A DNA stretch of 64,000 nt from Bacteroidales bacterium. GTDB lineage: Bacteria; Bacteroidota; Bacteroidia; Bacteroidales; UBA1715. The stretch is taken from positions 47,934-111,933 of the forward strand of contig JAITUU010000018.1 of the NCBI GenBank assembly GCA_031286165.1. Direction: 5' to 3'. The first letter of the stretch is position 1. Every line of letters begins with the position of its first letter. Below the pieces are notes generated by a model. That model did no database searches and had not been told where the DNA came from. It saw nothing but the letters and a program-made list of their open reading frames with translations. This document shows positions 18,041 through 25,516 of this stretch, piece after piece. The translations under genes were made by a program, and so were the position numbers.

Positions 18041-19294
18041 CTACGTCAAAAATGCTGCAACGTGCATTGCGGTAATATTTTTGCCGAACTGTTGTCGGCG
18101 CACATCGTTGGAAAGCACAAAAGAATGTATGAGTGGTTTATTCAAAATTTCTTGCAGGTCAAAAAGATGTTTGGCATCGTTGCGCGACACATTTTCGGTT
18201 GATTTTATTTCAATTGCAATAAAACCCTCTTCGCTTTCGAGCAATACATCAATTTCGCGTCCGTCTTGCGTGCGCAAGTGGTAACACATAATAGGCAAAC
18301 GATAGGTTTTTACTTGTTTGTAAATTTCCGCCACAATAGCACTTTCAAATTCTCCGCCGGTAATTGCACCTTTTTTTTGCAATACGCTGCGCAAAATTCC
18401 ACCATCTAAAAAGTGAATTTTTGAAGATTTTACCAATTTTTTCAGTGAATTACTTGCCCACGCAGGCAGTGTTACACTCTGATAACTCATTTCCATATAA
18501 CGCACATATCGTTGCACAGTAGGCACACTCACTCCTGCTTCTTTGGCTATCGACGAAAAATTCACCAAATTCCCCGTAGTGTTTGCCAAATACCGCTGTA
18601 ATTTCACAAAGGGTTCCAAATCGCGAAACGTAACCAAATCGCGAATATCACGTTCGAGAAATGTTTTCACATACATTGTAAGCCATTCTTCGCGGTCGTT
18701 ATCAGTCAAATCTTCGTTCGTCAATGCCGGATACGCTCCAAATTTCAAATAATAATCGTAGGAACTTTTCTTTTCGGCATAATTCTCATCAAGTACAAAC
18801 GATGGCAAAACATCTGTTATACTTTGTTTTTTCAACATAAAATCTACAAAAAAAGAACTCCGTTTTATGCTTTCATCTATCCTTTTCGATAATAATTCGG
18901 GCAGTATCAATGGGTAAATTTCAAAAATAATACAACGTCCTGCCAAACTTTCACGGATTTTTTCCAATAGCAAAAATTGACTTGAACCCAAAAGCACATA
19001 GCGAGTTTCAGGAAATTGGTCAAAGGTGGATTTTATACTATGAAATAACTTCGGCTCACATTGAATTTCGTCCAACACCGCTTTGGGATAGAGTTTTTTC
19101 CATTGTTCTACGGTAAGATTTATCAAATTCCTGCTTTTTACCACATCGTCCACCGCCAAATACGTGTAATCGGTAAAAATCTGTTTCACTATCGTAGTTT
19201 TCCCTGTTTGACGCGCACCGGTAAGCACTATTATTCTCGGCAATTTCGATTGTTGCTTTGCGACAATTTCTTCAAAAATAATTCTTTTTCTCAT
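18041..19294 (-). CDS. AAA ATPase with DUF4143-like C-terminal domain
   Basis: Walker A GARQTGKTT, Walker B-like AVLDEIQ, long C-terminal domain ending in a PD-(D/E)xK-like EIDVLLE...IEIK segment. Start set at ATG 19294. Confidence 0.8.
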   Translation of the reverse strand: MRKRIIFEEIVAKQQSKLPRIIVLTGARQTGKTTIVKQIFTDYTYLAVDDVVKSRNLINLTVEQWKKLYPKAVLDEIQCEPKLFHSIKSTFDQFPETRYVLLGSSQFLLLEKIRESLAGRCIIFEIYPLILPELLSKRIDESIKRSSFFVDFMLKKQSITDVLPSFVLDENYAEKKSSYDYYLKFGAYPALTNEDLTDNDREEWLTMYVKTFLERDIRDLVTFRDLEPFVKLQRYLANTTGNLVNFSSIAKEAGVSVPTVQRYVRYMEMSYQSVTLPAWASNSLKKLVKSSKIHFLDGGILRSVLQKKGAITGGEFESAIVAEIYKQVKTYRLPIMCYHLRTQDGREIDVLLESEEGFIAIEIKSTENVSRNDAKHLFDLQEILNKPLIHSFVLSNDVRRQQFGKNITAMHVAAFLT

Positions 19295-19315
19295 ATCGGT
19301 TCTTGTTTTTCTCTG

Positions 19316-19323
19316 CAAATATA
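19316..19323 (-). promoter_or_regulatory. candidate -7 promoter box (minus strand)
   Basis: Plus-strand caaatata is TATATTTG on the minus strand, 21 nt upstream of ATG 19294. Confidence 0.45.
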
Positions 19324-19407
19324 CTACTTATTTTAAATTTCGCGCCGTTATTTAATATTCAATGTTACATTTCGCGCTATTTTGATTGGTACACTATCGT
19401 AAAAATC

Positions 19408-19439
19408 TTTGCATTTCCTCACAAAAAGTTCTATTTTTG
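19408..19439 (+). promoter_or_regulatory. full Bacteroidetes-type promoter TTTG-N20-TATTTTTG for trxB
   Basis: tttg at 19408-19411, a 20-nt spacer, tatttttg at 19432-19439, then 25 nt to the trxB ATG at 19465. Confidence 0.55.
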
Positions 19440-19464
19440 TAAACCAAAATTTGATTACAAAACA

Positions 19465-20418
19465 ATGACACATTCTTATCACTTACGCTCAAAAGAAATT
19501 GCAGAAATACATACCTGCTTGATTATAGGCAGCGGACCGGCAGGCTACACTGCCGCCATTTACGCCGCTCGCGCAAATTTAAAACCGGTGCTCTACGAAG
19601 GTATGCAACCGGGCGGACAACTCACCACCACCACCGAAGTCGAGAATTTTCCCGGCTACCCCACCGGCGTTACCGGCACCGCACTGATGAACGATATGCG
19701 CTCGCAAGCCGAACGCTTGGGTGCCGACATTCGCAGCGGATACGCCACTGCGGTAGATTTTTCAGACGAATTGAAATTGGTGGAAATTGGCGGAGAAACG
19801 GTAATTGCTGCCAAAGCGGTGATTATAGCCACCGGTGCTACGGCAAAATATTTGGGACTTGCCAGCGAACAAAAATTCAGAGGCATGGGCGTTTCTGCCT
19901 GCGCGGTGTGCGATGGATTTTTCTATCGCAAGCAAACAGTAGCAGTGGTAGGCGGTGGCGACACTGCCGCCGAAGATGCTACCTACTTAGCAGGTTTAGC
20001 ACAGAAAGTGTATTTAATAGTGCGCAAAAAACACCTGCGAGCATCAAAAGCAATGCAGCACAAAGTGGCAAATACGCCGAATATCGAAATTTTATTTGAA
20101 CACGAAGTGCAGGAAGTATTGGGCGATGAACAAGGCGTAAGCGGATTGCGGCTAATAAAAGAAGGAAGGGAAGTTTATACCATAAACGTTACCGGACTGT
20201 TTTTAGCAATAGGACATCACCCGAATACAAAAATTTTTGCCGATGAACTTGATTTAGACGAAACAGGCTATATCATAACCAAACCCGGCTCTTCACACAC
20301 CAACTGCGAGGGCGTATTTGCCTGCGGCGATGTGCAAGACCCTGTGTATCGGCAAGCAATTACCGCAGCGGCTTCGGGTTGCATAGCCGCTCTCGATGTA
20401 GAGAGGTATCTTTGCTAA
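19465..20418 (+). CDS. trxB: thioredoxin-disulfide reductase
   Basis: FAD motif IIGSGPAGYTAAIYAARA, redox-active CAVCDG, NADPH motif VVGGGDTAAEDA, C-terminal ACGDVQDPVYRQAITAA. Start moved to ATG 19465. Confidence 0.95.
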   Translation: MTHSYHLRSKEIAEIHTCLIIGSGPAGYTAAIYAARANLKPVLYEGMQPGGQLTTTTEVENFPGYPTGVTGTALMNDMRSQAERLGADIRSGYATAVDFSDELKLVEIGGETVIAAKAVIIATGATAKYLGLASEQKFRGMGVSACAVCDGFFYRKQTVAVVGGGDTAAEDATYLAGLAQKVYLIVRKKHLRASKAMQHKVANTPNIEILFEHEVQEVLGDEQGVSGLRLIKEGREVYTINVTGLFLAIGHHPNTKIFADELDLDETGYIITKPGSSHTNCEGVFACGDVQDPVYRQAITAAASGCIAALDVERYLC

Positions 20419-20460
20419 TAGACACAAGACCATTAGACAGAAGACCGATAGACAAAAACT
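20419..20460. repeat. left arm of degenerate inverted repeat flanking the four-helix-bundle gene (TAGACACAAGACC / TTAGACAGAAGACC / GATAGACAAAAAC)
   Basis: tagacacaagacc (20419-20431) is the exact reverse complement of ggtcttgtgtcta (20834-20846). Confidence 0.65.
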
Positions 20461-20475
20461 TTTAATCGCAATACA

Positions 20476-20832
20476 ATGAATAATGTTAAGAAATTGATTG
20501 TTTGGCAAAAATCGAGAGAGTTTGTGAAGGATATATACACACGTACCAAACTCTTTCCGCAAGACGAATTGTTTGGTTTAACATCACAAATTCGCAGGGC
20601 GGCAATTTTCATTACATTGAATATTGCCGAAGGTTCCGGTCGGGGAACAAATAAGGAATTTGCTCACTTTCTCGATATTGCATTTGCTTCGGCATACGAA
20701 GTTGAAGCACAAATTATTCTATCGTTGGATTTGGAATTTATTTCCCAAGAAGAATATGATGTGCTGTATGAAAAAATCCAAGAAATTCAAAAAATGATAA
20801 AAAAACTAAACGACACATTACGTAGTAGTTAA
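20476..20832 (+). CDS. four-helix-bundle protein (23S rRNA intervening-sequence protein family)
   Basis: 118 aa with the family pattern LIVWQKSREF...IY..TKLFPQDELFGLTSQIRRAA..I.LNIAEGSGR....EFAHFLDIAFASAYEVEAQI. Confidence 0.85.
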   Translation: MNNVKKLIVWQKSREFVKDIYTRTKLFPQDELFGLTSQIRRAAIFITLNIAEGSGRGTNKEFAHFLDIAFASAYEVEAQIILSLDLEFISQEEYDVLYEKIQEIQKMIKKLNDTLRSS

Positions 20833-20833
20833 A

Positions 20834-20870
20834 GGTCTTGTGTCTAATAGTCTATTGTCTAAAAATCTAA
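20834..20870. repeat. right arm of degenerate inverted repeat (GGTCTTGTGTCTAATAGTCTATTGTCTAAAAATCTAA)
   Basis: See the left arm at 20419-20460. Its period 7-8 GTCT-anchored units run up to the ATG at 20874. Confidence 0.65.
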
Positions 20871-20873
20871 AAA

Positions 20874-21416
20874 ATGAAAATCTACACAAAAACCGGTGAT
20901 TGCGGAAAAACATCACTCGTGGGCGGCAAGCGAGTAGAAAAATATTGCGAACGACTTGAATGTTACGGCACAGTTGATGAACTCAATGCCCACATTGGCG
21001 TGGTACACGATATGTGCGAAACCGAAGACGTGCGTACCATTCTTCTGCGTGTTCAAAACGATCTTTTCTCCATTGGCGGATTGCTCGCCTGCGAAAATGC
21101 CGCACAATTCCAACTTCCCTGCGTTGATTACACACACATAGAACTATTGGAACAAACGATTGACCGCTATAACGAAGCATTGCCGCAACTCAAAAGTTTT
21201 ATACTCCCTTCGGGAAATGTAGTAGCATCGCACTGCCACGTGGCTCGCACCGTGTGCCGCCGTGCCGAACGCGCAGTTGTGAAACTCGCCGAACACGAAA
21301 CAATAGACACACACATTGCCATATACCTCAACCGATTGTCGGATTTTCTTTTTGTGCTTGCGCGTAAAATAATGAATGATAGTGGGTTGCAGGAAATTAC
21401 ATGGAAAAAACCATAA
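20874..21416 (+). CDS. cob(I)yrinic acid a,c-diamide / cob(I)alamin adenosyltransferase, PduO type
   Basis: MKIYTKTGDCGKTSLVGGKRV...ECYGTVDELNAHIG N-terminus and 180-aa size typical of PduO-type ATR. Confidence 0.9.
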   Translation: MKIYTKTGDCGKTSLVGGKRVEKYCERLECYGTVDELNAHIGVVHDMCETEDVRTILLRVQNDLFSIGGLLACENAAQFQLPCVDYTHIELLEQTIDRYNEALPQLKSFILPSGNVVASHCHVARTVCRRAERAVVKLAEHETIDTHIAIYLNRLSDFLFVLARKIMNDSGLQEITWKKP

Positions 21417-21466
21417 TTTTTCTATAAAAAACACGGCAAAAACACGCTGTGTTGCAAAAAATACAC

Positions 21467-21474
21467 TACATTTG
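21467..21474 (+). promoter_or_regulatory. candidate -7 promoter box for the ilv leader
   Basis: tacatttg matches TAnnTTTG, 20 nt upstream of the leader-peptide ATG at 21495. Confidence 0.45.
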
Positions 21475-21494
21475 CTCCAATCAAAATTTATACA

Positions 21495-21545
21495 ATGAAA
21501 TTTTTTCAAACCATAGTAGTCGTGCAAGTCATTTTTCAAATGTGA
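21495..21545 (+). CDS. ilv leader peptide MKFFQTIVVVQVIFQM
   Basis: 16-codon ORF (ATG 21495, TGA 21543-21545) with 4 Val and 2 Ile clustered as IVVVQVI. Directly followed by mutually exclusive hairpins and a terminator. Not in the ORF track because it is under 60 aa. Confidence 0.6.
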   Translation: MKFFQTIVVVQVIFQM

Positions 21546-21617
21546 AATGGTGCAATTCTATTGTAATTTGAGCAAAATATAAAACACCATTCTCACCTGA
21601 GTTTGGTGTTTTTTTTA
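21546..21617 (+). promoter_or_regulatory. attenuator: anti-terminator / terminator alternative structures
   Basis: aatggtg (21546-21552) is complementary to caccatt (21585-21591). aaacacca (21582-21589) is complementary to tggtgttt (21604-21611), with an inner ctc/gag extension, followed by a T-run to 21617. The two pairings share 21585-21589. Confidence 0.6.
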
Positions 21618-21673
21618 TAGTTTTGAACACTGAAAAACAGAATAATACATACAAACGATTTAAACATAGAGAA

Positions 21674-23488
21674 ATGAAATTTCCACTCAAAAGCGAAACA
21701 TCAACACAAGGTCGCCGCATGGCGGGAGCACGCGCTCTTTGGCGTGCCAACGGTATGAAAGAAGAACAAATCGGCAAACCCATTATTGCCATAGTCAATT
21801 CATTTACGCAGTTTGTGCCGGGGCACGTGCATTTGCACGACATAGGGCAACAGGTGAAAGCCGAAATCGAAAAATTGGGCTGCTTTGCCGCCGAGTTCAA
21901 CACCATTGCCATAGACGATGGTATTGCCATGGGGCACGATGGTATGCTCTACTCCCTCCCTTCGCGCGATTTGATTGCCGACAGCGTGGAATATATGGTG
22001 AATGCTCACAAAGCCGATGCAATGGTGTGTATCTCGAATTGCGACAAAATTACGCCCGGTATGCTCATGGCAGCTATGCGATTGAATATTCCTGCCGTGT
22101 TTGTGAGCGGCGGACCTATGGAAGCCGGGAAATTGGACGGCAAACAGATTGACTTTATCGACTCGCTCATACAAAGTGCCGACACCACCGTGAGTGATTC
22201 GCAAGTGGACAAAATAGAACACGCAGCGTGCCCAACGTGTGGAAGTTGCAGCGGTATGTTCACTGCCAACTCTATGAACTGCCTCAACGAGGCTATCGGG
22301 TTGGCTCTGCCGGGCAACGGTACCATTGTGGCTACGCACGCCAACCGCAAACGCCTCTTTATGCAAGCCGCCAAACTGATTGTGGAAAACACCTATACAT
22401 ATTATCGCGATGGCGATGAAAGCGTACTTCCGCGCAGCATTGCCACCCGTCAAGCCTTTTTGAACGCCATGACGCTCGATATTGCCATGGGCGGTTCGTC
22501 CAACACCGTGCTTCACCTTTTGGCAATAGCCAACGAAGCAGGCGTGAACTTTACTATGGACGATATTGACGCGCTTTCGCGCAAAACGCCATGCCTTTGC
22601 AAAGTGGCTCCAAACACGCAAAAATACCATATTCAAGACGTGAATCGTGCCGGCGGTATTCTCGGCATTATGAACGAATTGAACAATGCCGGACTGATTA
22701 ATCCAAACGTGTTGCGCGTGGACGGAACGCTGGCGCAAATGCTCCAAAAAGCCGCCGAATGGCTCGGCGACACGCACTCCGTGTATGGCAGCGCACCGGC
22801 AAATAAATTCAACTTGGTGCTTGGTTCGCAAGAAACCTATTTCGACACGCTCGACACCGACCGCGCCGAAGGCTGTATTCGCAGCGTTGCCCACGCCTAC
22901 ACCAAAGAGGGCGGTTTGGCAATTCTCAAAGGAAACATAGCGCAAGACGGCTGTGTAATCAAAACCGCCGGAGTGGACGAAAGTATCTGGAAATTCAAAG
23001 GTCCGGCAAAAGTATTCACCTCGCAAGAGAGCGCGTGCGAAGGCATTTTGGGCGGAAAAGTACAAAGCGGCGATGTGGTGGTTATTACGCACGAAGGTCC
23101 CAAAGGCGGACCGGGCATGCAAGAAATGCTCTACCCCACCACCTATATTAAATCGCGGCACTTGGGCAAAGAGTGCGCCCTCATTACTGATGGTCGTTTC
23201 AGCGGCGGCACATCGGGGCTTTCTATCGGGCACATTTCGCCGGAGGCGGCTTCGGGCGGAAACATTGGCTTGGTGCAAGACGGCGATATAATCGAAATCG
23301 ACATTCCCAACCGCTCGATGAACGTATTGCTTTCCGAAGAAGAGTTGGCAACACGCCGCGCCGCCGAAGAAGCACGCGGCAAAGAGGCATGGACACCGAA
23401 AGACCGCAATCGCGTAGTGTCAAAATCACTCCGCGCCTACGCAAGTTTGGTAAGTTCGGCAGATAAAGGTGCGGTGCGAGAGATATAA
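21674..23488 (+). CDS. ilvD: dihydroxy-acid dehydratase
   Basis: Start moved to ATG 21674 ([54 protein letters not shown], colinear with the E. coli IlvD N-terminus). CDKITPGM and [16 protein letters not shown] Fe-S ligand blocks. The track start at 21623 is a TTG extension. Confidence 0.95.
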   Translation: MKFPLKSETSTQGRRMAGARALWRANGMKEEQIGKPIIAIVNSFTQFVPGHVHLHDIGQQVKAEIEKLGCFAAEFNTIAIDDGIAMGHDGMLYSLPSRDLIADSVEYMVNAHKADAMVCISNCDKITPGMLMAAMRLNIPAVFVSGGPMEAGKLDGKQIDFIDSLIQSADTTVSDSQVDKIEHAACPTCGSCSGMFTANSMNCLNEAIGLALPGNGTIVATHANRKRLFMQAAKLIVENTYTYYRDGDESVLPRSIATRQAFLNAMTLDIAMGGSSNTVLHLLAIANEAGVNFTMDDIDALSRKTPCLCKVAPNTQKYHIQDVNRAGGILGIMNELNNAGLINPNVLRVDGTLAQMLQKAAEWLGDTHSVYGSAPANKFNLVLGSQETYFDTLDTDRAEGCIRSVAHAYTKEGGLAILKGNIAQDGCVIKTAGVDESIWKFKGPAKVFTSQESACEGILGGKVQSGDVVVITHEGPKGGPGMQEMLYPTTYIKSRHLGKECALITDGRFSGGTSGLSIGHISPEAASGGNIGLVQDGDIIEIDIPNRSMNVLLSEEELATRRAAEEARGKEAWTPKDRNRVVSKSLRAYASLVSSADKGAVREI

Positions 23489-23498
23489 CAATACAGCC

Positions 23499-24074
23499 AT
23501 GAAAAAAGAAAAATTAATGCGTTATTTTTTTTCGGCATCGCTGCTGCTTATAGGCGTAGTGGTGGGTATTGCCATTCGGCATTATTACAATTTACCACTT
23601 TCTGAAACCATCAACATTGTAGATGTGGCAATGCTCATTACCACCGTATTTTTGGCAGTGTATGTGCCCAGCGTGCTCGATAAACAAGCACAAATTATGC
23701 GCGATAAGGCTGATTTGATAGAACAACGCATTATTGAATTTCAAACCTTACAGCGCAAACTCAACGAAATGGTGCAAATAGGCGAAGCGAACCACGAAGA
23801 ATGTTTAGCAATGAATAATTTGCTCGATGTAAGCGACCACCGTTTGGAAACGATTTTGACACTCATAGCCTATTACGACAAAGATATTTTGCTCCGCCCG
23901 AATGTGAAAAATTTGAAAGAATTGTGCAAAAATCATCGCGAATTACTGTTTTTGGAGCACATAGCACCCGAAGGAAAAAAATTCGCGAAACCCGACCGCG
24001 ATGCCGAAGAAGAGTTATATAATAAAATAGATAGATTGTCGAGTTTGATACTATTCGACGTAAATAACGTGTAA
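23499..24074 (+). CDS. hypothetical membrane-anchored protein inside the ilv operon
   Basis: Start set at ATG 23499 (MKKEKLMRYFFSASLLLIGVVVGIAI...). Two N-terminal TM helices then a helical soluble part. No family recognised. Confidence 0.45.
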   Translation: MKKEKLMRYFFSASLLLIGVVVGIAIRHYYNLPLSETINIVDVAMLITTVFLAVYVPSVLDKQAQIMRDKADLIEQRIIEFQTLQRKLNEMVQIGEANHEECLAMNNLLDVSDHRLETILTLIAYYDKDILLRPNVKNLKELCKNHRELLFLEHIAPEGKKFAKPDRDAEEELYNKIDRLSSLILFDVNNV

Positions 24075-24223
24075 CACACAAAAAAGAAAAACCTATGAGA
24101 ATGAAAAAAAGACGCGATGCCTTTGTAACATGGTCATCGGGCATAAAAATGCAAATGAATAGCAGAATACTCAAATACATGGCAAAATGGTCGGATAGTA
24201 TTCACAGTGATACACAAAAAACT

Positions 24224-25441
24224 ATGGTGTGGCGCAATTTTGAGCCAAATTCCATGTTTGCCGACCGCATAGCCGATGTGCCAAAATCCTTCATTCGCGA
24301 AATTTTGAAAGTAACTGTGTCGCAAGATATTATTTCCTTTGCCGGCGGCTTGCCCAATCGTGAACTTTTTCCCATTCAGGCACTGAAAGAAGCCGGCAAC
24401 CGTGTATTCGACAACGATTGCCCCGATGCACTGCAATACAGCACCACCGAAGGTTCGCTCCAACTGCGCAAATACATAGCCGAACGCTACAAAAAAGTGA
24501 AGGGACTAAACATAGAACCGAAAAATATTCTCATAACCACCGGTTCGCAGCAGGCTCTTGACCTTTTGGGAAAAACATTTTTGAACGAAAACGATAGAGT
24601 AATCATAGAAAAGCCGGGTTATTTGGGCGCAATTCAATTATTTTCCATTTACAAAGCACGATTTTCGCCGGTAACGCTGGAAAATGACGGTGTGAATTTA
24701 GCAGAATTGGAAAAGGCATCGCGCTTGCGCAACACAAAATTGATGTACACCGTACCGAATTTTCAAAATCCTACGGGTATAACGTACAGCAACGAAAAAC
24801 GCGAACAAATTGCCGAAATTCTACGCGGACTGCCCATGATTTTGATTGAAGACGACCCCTATGGCGATTTGCGCTACGAAGGTACACAACAAAATTCATT
24901 CATGCACTACTTGCCCGAACAAACTATTTTACTCGGTTCTTTTTCTAAAACCGTAGTACCATCGTTCCGCACCGGCTGGGTGGTGGCTCCCGACGAAATT
25001 ATGGAAAAACTCATTGTGGCAAAGCAAGCCTCGGATTTGCATACCAATTTTTTTACGCAAAAATTACTCTTTGAATATTTGAGCAACAACGATTTAGATG
25101 CGCACATTGAAAAAATTCGCGCGGTGTATGGACGTCAATGCGTGGCAATGATAGAAAGTATTAAACGCCATTTTCCTGAAAATGTGCAATATACGCTGCC
25201 CGAAGGCGGAATGTTTCTGTGGGTAACACTGCCCGAAGGCGTATCGTCTATGGATTTGGTGAATTTAGCAATTCAAAAAGATGTGATTTTTGTTCCCGGC
25301 AACCCCTTCTATTCAAGTCAAGACCAAGTGGTGAACACCCTGCGTTTGAATTTCTCGTGTGTGGACGAAGCCACCATAGAAATAGGCATCAAACGTCTTG
25401 GCGAAACTATTAAGGAATATTTGGCTGCGAATAACAAATAA
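24224..25441 (+). CDS. PLP-dependent class I/II aminotransferase (2-aminoadipate/aromatic aminotransferase-like)
   Basis: IREIL...IISFAGGLPNRELFP N-terminal block, PNFQNPTG, PLP-Lys context SFSKTVVPSFRTGWVVAP. The start is ambiguous: ATG 24224 is chosen, while 24254 and the track start 24095 are possible. Confidence 0.75.
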   Translation: MVWRNFEPNSMFADRIADVPKSFIREILKVTVSQDIISFAGGLPNRELFPIQALKEAGNRVFDNDCPDALQYSTTEGSLQLRKYIAERYKKVKGLNIEPKNILITTGSQQALDLLGKTFLNENDRVIIEKPGYLGAIQLFSIYKARFSPVTLENDGVNLAELEKASRLRNTKLMYTVPNFQNPTGITYSNEKREQIAEILRGLPMILIEDDPYGDLRYEGTQQNSFMHYLPEQTILLGSFSKTVVPSFRTGWVVAPDEIMEKLIVAKQASDLHTNFFTQKLLFEYLSNNDLDAHIEKIRAVYGRQCVAMIESIKRHFPENVQYTLPEGGMFLWVTLPEGVSSMDLVNLAIQKDVIFVPGNPFYSSQDQVVNTLRLNFSCVDEATIEIGIKRLGETIKEYLAANNK

Positions 25442-25445
25442 TACG

Positions 25446-25516
25446 ATGTGCTACTATGCTGACAATACAATAATTCTCAATTATCATCAAAAAAATATCT
25501 ACTAAATCTATATAGT
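25446..25516 (+). repeat. low-complexity spacer colinear with 7907-7980
   Basis: atgtgctactatgc versus atgtgctaatatgc (13/14 identical), caatacaataatt versus caatataacaatgaat, and tatctactaa identical in both. Both end at an ATG. Confidence 0.55.

Noticed and set aside
20476-20832. Four-helix-bundle (Avd-family) gene as a marker of a diversity-generating retroelement
   Set aside because: No reverse transcriptase ORF and no template/variable repeat pair (about 100 nt, A-mismatched) were found in the flanks or in the giant genes.
20833-20873. Cobalamin riboswitch upstream of the PduO adenosyltransferase
   Set aside because: The spacer is only 41 nt of GTCT-repeat sequence, far too short and lacking a B12-box.
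21800-23278. 492-aa minus-strand ORF (and other antisense ORFs 22006-22392, 23143-23444) inside ilvD
   Set aside because: The plus strand encodes a full-length, motif-complete IlvD. The antisense product is His/Arg/Gly/Val-rich low-complexity sequence with no recognisable family, a typical shadow ORF of a GC3-biased gene.
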